Source: Candidatus Yanofskybacteria bacterium
GTDB lineage: Bacteria; Patescibacteriota; Minisyncoccia; 2-02-FULL-40-12; IGHO2-12-FULL-4
Length of the DNA stretch: 56,267 nucleotides
Direction: 5' to 3'
Assembly: GCA_016185525.1 (NCBI GenBank)
Contig: JACPNK010000004.1
Location: 17,712-73,978 of the forward strand
Shown in pieces: positions 54,384-56,267 of the stretch (within the stretch, counting starts at the first letter, position 1; every line of letters begins with the position of its first letter). The position numbers and the translations under genes are program-made. The notes beneath the pieces were generated by a model. It did not search any database. It was not told where the DNA came from and saw only the letters and a program-made list of their open reading frames with translations.

Positions 54384-56267
54384 TTAAAGATTTGGTTCCG
54401 GTACTGATGCCGGTTCCAGACTCGGTTCTGGGATGGACTCGGAGGTTGATTCGGGTATGGTAGACACAGTGGGCTCGGGGGTAGGATTTTGCTCTGGAGT
54501 TGGCTCCGGGACTGGGGAGGCAGTAGGCTCTGGCGTAGATGTCGGGCTGGTTAATGGACTCGGCGAGGGTGACGGTTCGGGAACGGTCGGCGGGGTGGGA
54601 GTCGGCGATTCACTGGTGGCTGGTGTTGGACTGGCTGATCCGGACGGTTCAGGTGTAATTGAAGGTTCCGTTGTTGGTATAGGCGTTGGCGTCGCAATCT
54701 GGTTTTGGACACTCGGACTTGGCGTAGCTATCGGTATTCCCCCGTTGTTCTGCATCAACCGTTTCAGCTGTTCCTTGGTTACACACACTTCCTCTAGACA
54801 CAATTCCTTGGCGGTAATTTTGTCAGTAAATATCTGCGCCACTTTTAACAAGCCATTTTCAAAAACGATATTCATTGCCTCGCTAAACTTTTTAACAATT
54901 GACGCAAATAAAATTTTCAGGTCAAATATTGCCCCTGCCTCTCCTAAAATTTCTGAATCTGGATCACCGGCGGTGTCAGGCGAAGGGAGCCAATAACTTA
55001 AGTCCATTAGAATCATAATTTTCCCATAGCTATTCGGGGTGGAAAAATCAAAAGAAGCTGAAGCCAGCGGTTCAAGGGCAATACCTAAGGTCGGGCCAGT
55101 TTTAGTCGCTTTCATGGCTACACCTGGGATAGACGAAGTGGTAAGTCTATCCCCCTCCTTAATTGAGCCATTTTCCAGCGATACCTTAACCGGAACACGT
55201 CCGGAAAGAGTTATTTCATAATCGTTTTTAGTTGGTTCAAATCCTCCCAGAGTAATGCCCGGTTTAGTTGAAACTACGCCCACTATTGAAGATTGATAAC
55301 TTTGCTCTGACTTCTTGACTCCCAGTTCGTCTATATTTTTTCGGGTACCAAGTTCTTTCGTTCTTCTTTCTTGCTCGTAATTTCTTGGAGAAGCGTTTTT
55401 GAAATCAGGGTCTGGTATTACAATATCGCCCGCTTCGAGTTGATAAGCAGACCGCATAAATTCAGCTAAGTCGTCAGTCAAGACAGTAGCGTTGATGGCG
55501 TATAACCTTCCGGCGGTTGGTGACGCAGGACAGCCAGTATTGTCGTTGTCAACACAAAATGCTCCATTCCAAACTGCCGTATTGCCATTCACAGTATCCA
55601 CCGAAAAGTCAGGAACGCCTGAGGTTTGAACTAACAAAGCTGAAGTTGAACTCACGTTGATATCTAACCCTCCTTCATCGCTGAATTTAGTTAGTAATGT
55701 TCCACCAGAACTTTTAAGCTCGAATAGTGCTCCGGTCTGCGTCGTACCGGCAGTTATTGTTATTCCAGAATTTGAGTTGGAAGCAGTGGTGTCAACCACA
55801 AATATATCATTGCGGGCGCCGCCGGTGTCAGTTACCGCAAAAGCTCGTGTATTGCTGTTTGAAATTCTGACAAAAGAATCAAATTGAGCCGAAGCATCTA
55901 CTTCCAAATCTCCAGAGATAAGTAAATCATTGGTGGTGGTGATAAAGTTAGAATAGCCGGTGGTGGAGGTGCCGAACCTAGAATAAGCCGCACTGGCAAA
56001 GCCCCCGACTTGCAATGTGTTGGCTGAAAGCAGATAGCTTGCACTAGCCGTGCCTTGGACTTCAAGTATAGTAGTAGGGTCGGTAGTTAAAACTCCAACC
56101 CTCTTATTTGTTATTATGTTAGACGCCCCTGTCAATCCATAGATTGTCAAAATATTCTCGGAGTCAATTTGAGCGCTGTAACTCATAATGGTACTGGTAG
56201 ATGATGAGGCCACCTCCATATTTACCCAGCTGACTATTCCGGCGTCGTCCTCAAATGATAAGGGTCC
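54384..56267 (-). CDS. C-terminal part of a large surface/fibre-like protein (runs off the window end) with a peptidase-G2/chaperone-like domain and Pro/Thr/Glu-rich tail
   Basis: Frame is open to base 56267. DLAE...GVVSTKPG...GRVPVKV...GDRLTTS...MKA; PEPT repeats. Confidence 0.85.
   Translation of the reverse strand, partial: GPLSFEDDAGIVSWVNMEVASSSTSTIMSYSAQIDSENILTIYGLTGASNIITNKRVGVLTTDPTTILEVQGTASASYLLSANTLQVGGFASAAYSRFGTSTTGYSNFITTTNDLLISGDLEVDASAQFDSFVRISNSNTRAFAVTDTGGARNDIFVVDTTASNSNSGITITAGTTQTGALFELKSSGGTLLTKFSDEGGLDINVSSTSALLVQTSGVPDFSVDTVNGNTAVWNGAFCVDNDNTGCPASPTAGRLYAINATVLTDDLAEFMRSAYQLEAGDIVIPDPDFKNASPRNYEQERRTKELGTRKNIDELGVKKSEQSYQSSIVGVVSTKPGITLGGFEPTKNDYEITLSGRVPVKVSLENGSIKEGDRLTTSSIPGVAMKATKTGPTLGIALEPLASASFDFSTPNSYGKIMILMDLSYWLPSPDTAGDPDSEILGEAGAIFDLKILFASIVKKFSEAMNIVFENGLLKVAQIFTDKITAKELCLEEVCVTKEQLKRLMQNNGGIPIATPSPSVQNQIATPTPIPTTEPSITPEPSGSASPTPATSESPTPTPPTVPEPSPSPSPLTSPTSTPEPTASPVPEPTPEQNPTPEPTVSTIPESTSESIPEPSLEPASVPEPNL

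Noticed and set aside
54433-54996. 187-aa Gly/Val-rich plus-strand ORF
   Set aside because: Antisense shadow of the Pro/Thr-rich tail of the minus-strand surface protein.

Overview
This 56-kb AT-rich window looks like a Patescibacteria (CPR, Parcubacteria-like) chromosome segment. That placement is inferred from the 16S signatures GGCGTGGATGATGC and CCAGCAGGAGCGGTAA, the intron-laden 16S gene, the lack of rplA after rplK and the many leaderless-type starts. It begins with the 5' ~40% of a minus-strand 16S rRNA gene that carries two group I introns and two hairpin intervening sequences. Housekeeping genes follow: trmD, khpA, rpsP, rnc, nusB, rpmF, dnaE, thrS, miaA, gatCAB, thyA-folA-tmk, secE-nusG-rplK, gyrB, a single-chain PheRS, coaD, guaB, pyrH, nadA and mltG. 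There are three tRNAs, toxin-type genes (MntA/HepT, PemK-like, DUF3800) and several large surface proteins. The strongest candidate new system is a family of imperfect inverted heptamer-repeat arms. One copy exactly brackets a four-helix-bundle (23S-IVP/Avd-like) gene between nusG and rplK. Near-identical gene-less copies sit inside the 16S rRNA, in frame inside gatB, and between rpmF and nusB, which resembles a full element plus MITE-like derivatives. Also notable: a repeated ~170-185 nt rod-like element with AGTATAATGTT at its apex; a tRNA-fMet group I intron with an antisense nuclease gene; serial tRNA 3'-end duplications bounding accessory genes; and two nuclease-fold genes each faced by a promoter-driven convergent small RNA. 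All calls come from reading the sequence by eye; no searches or folding programs were run.
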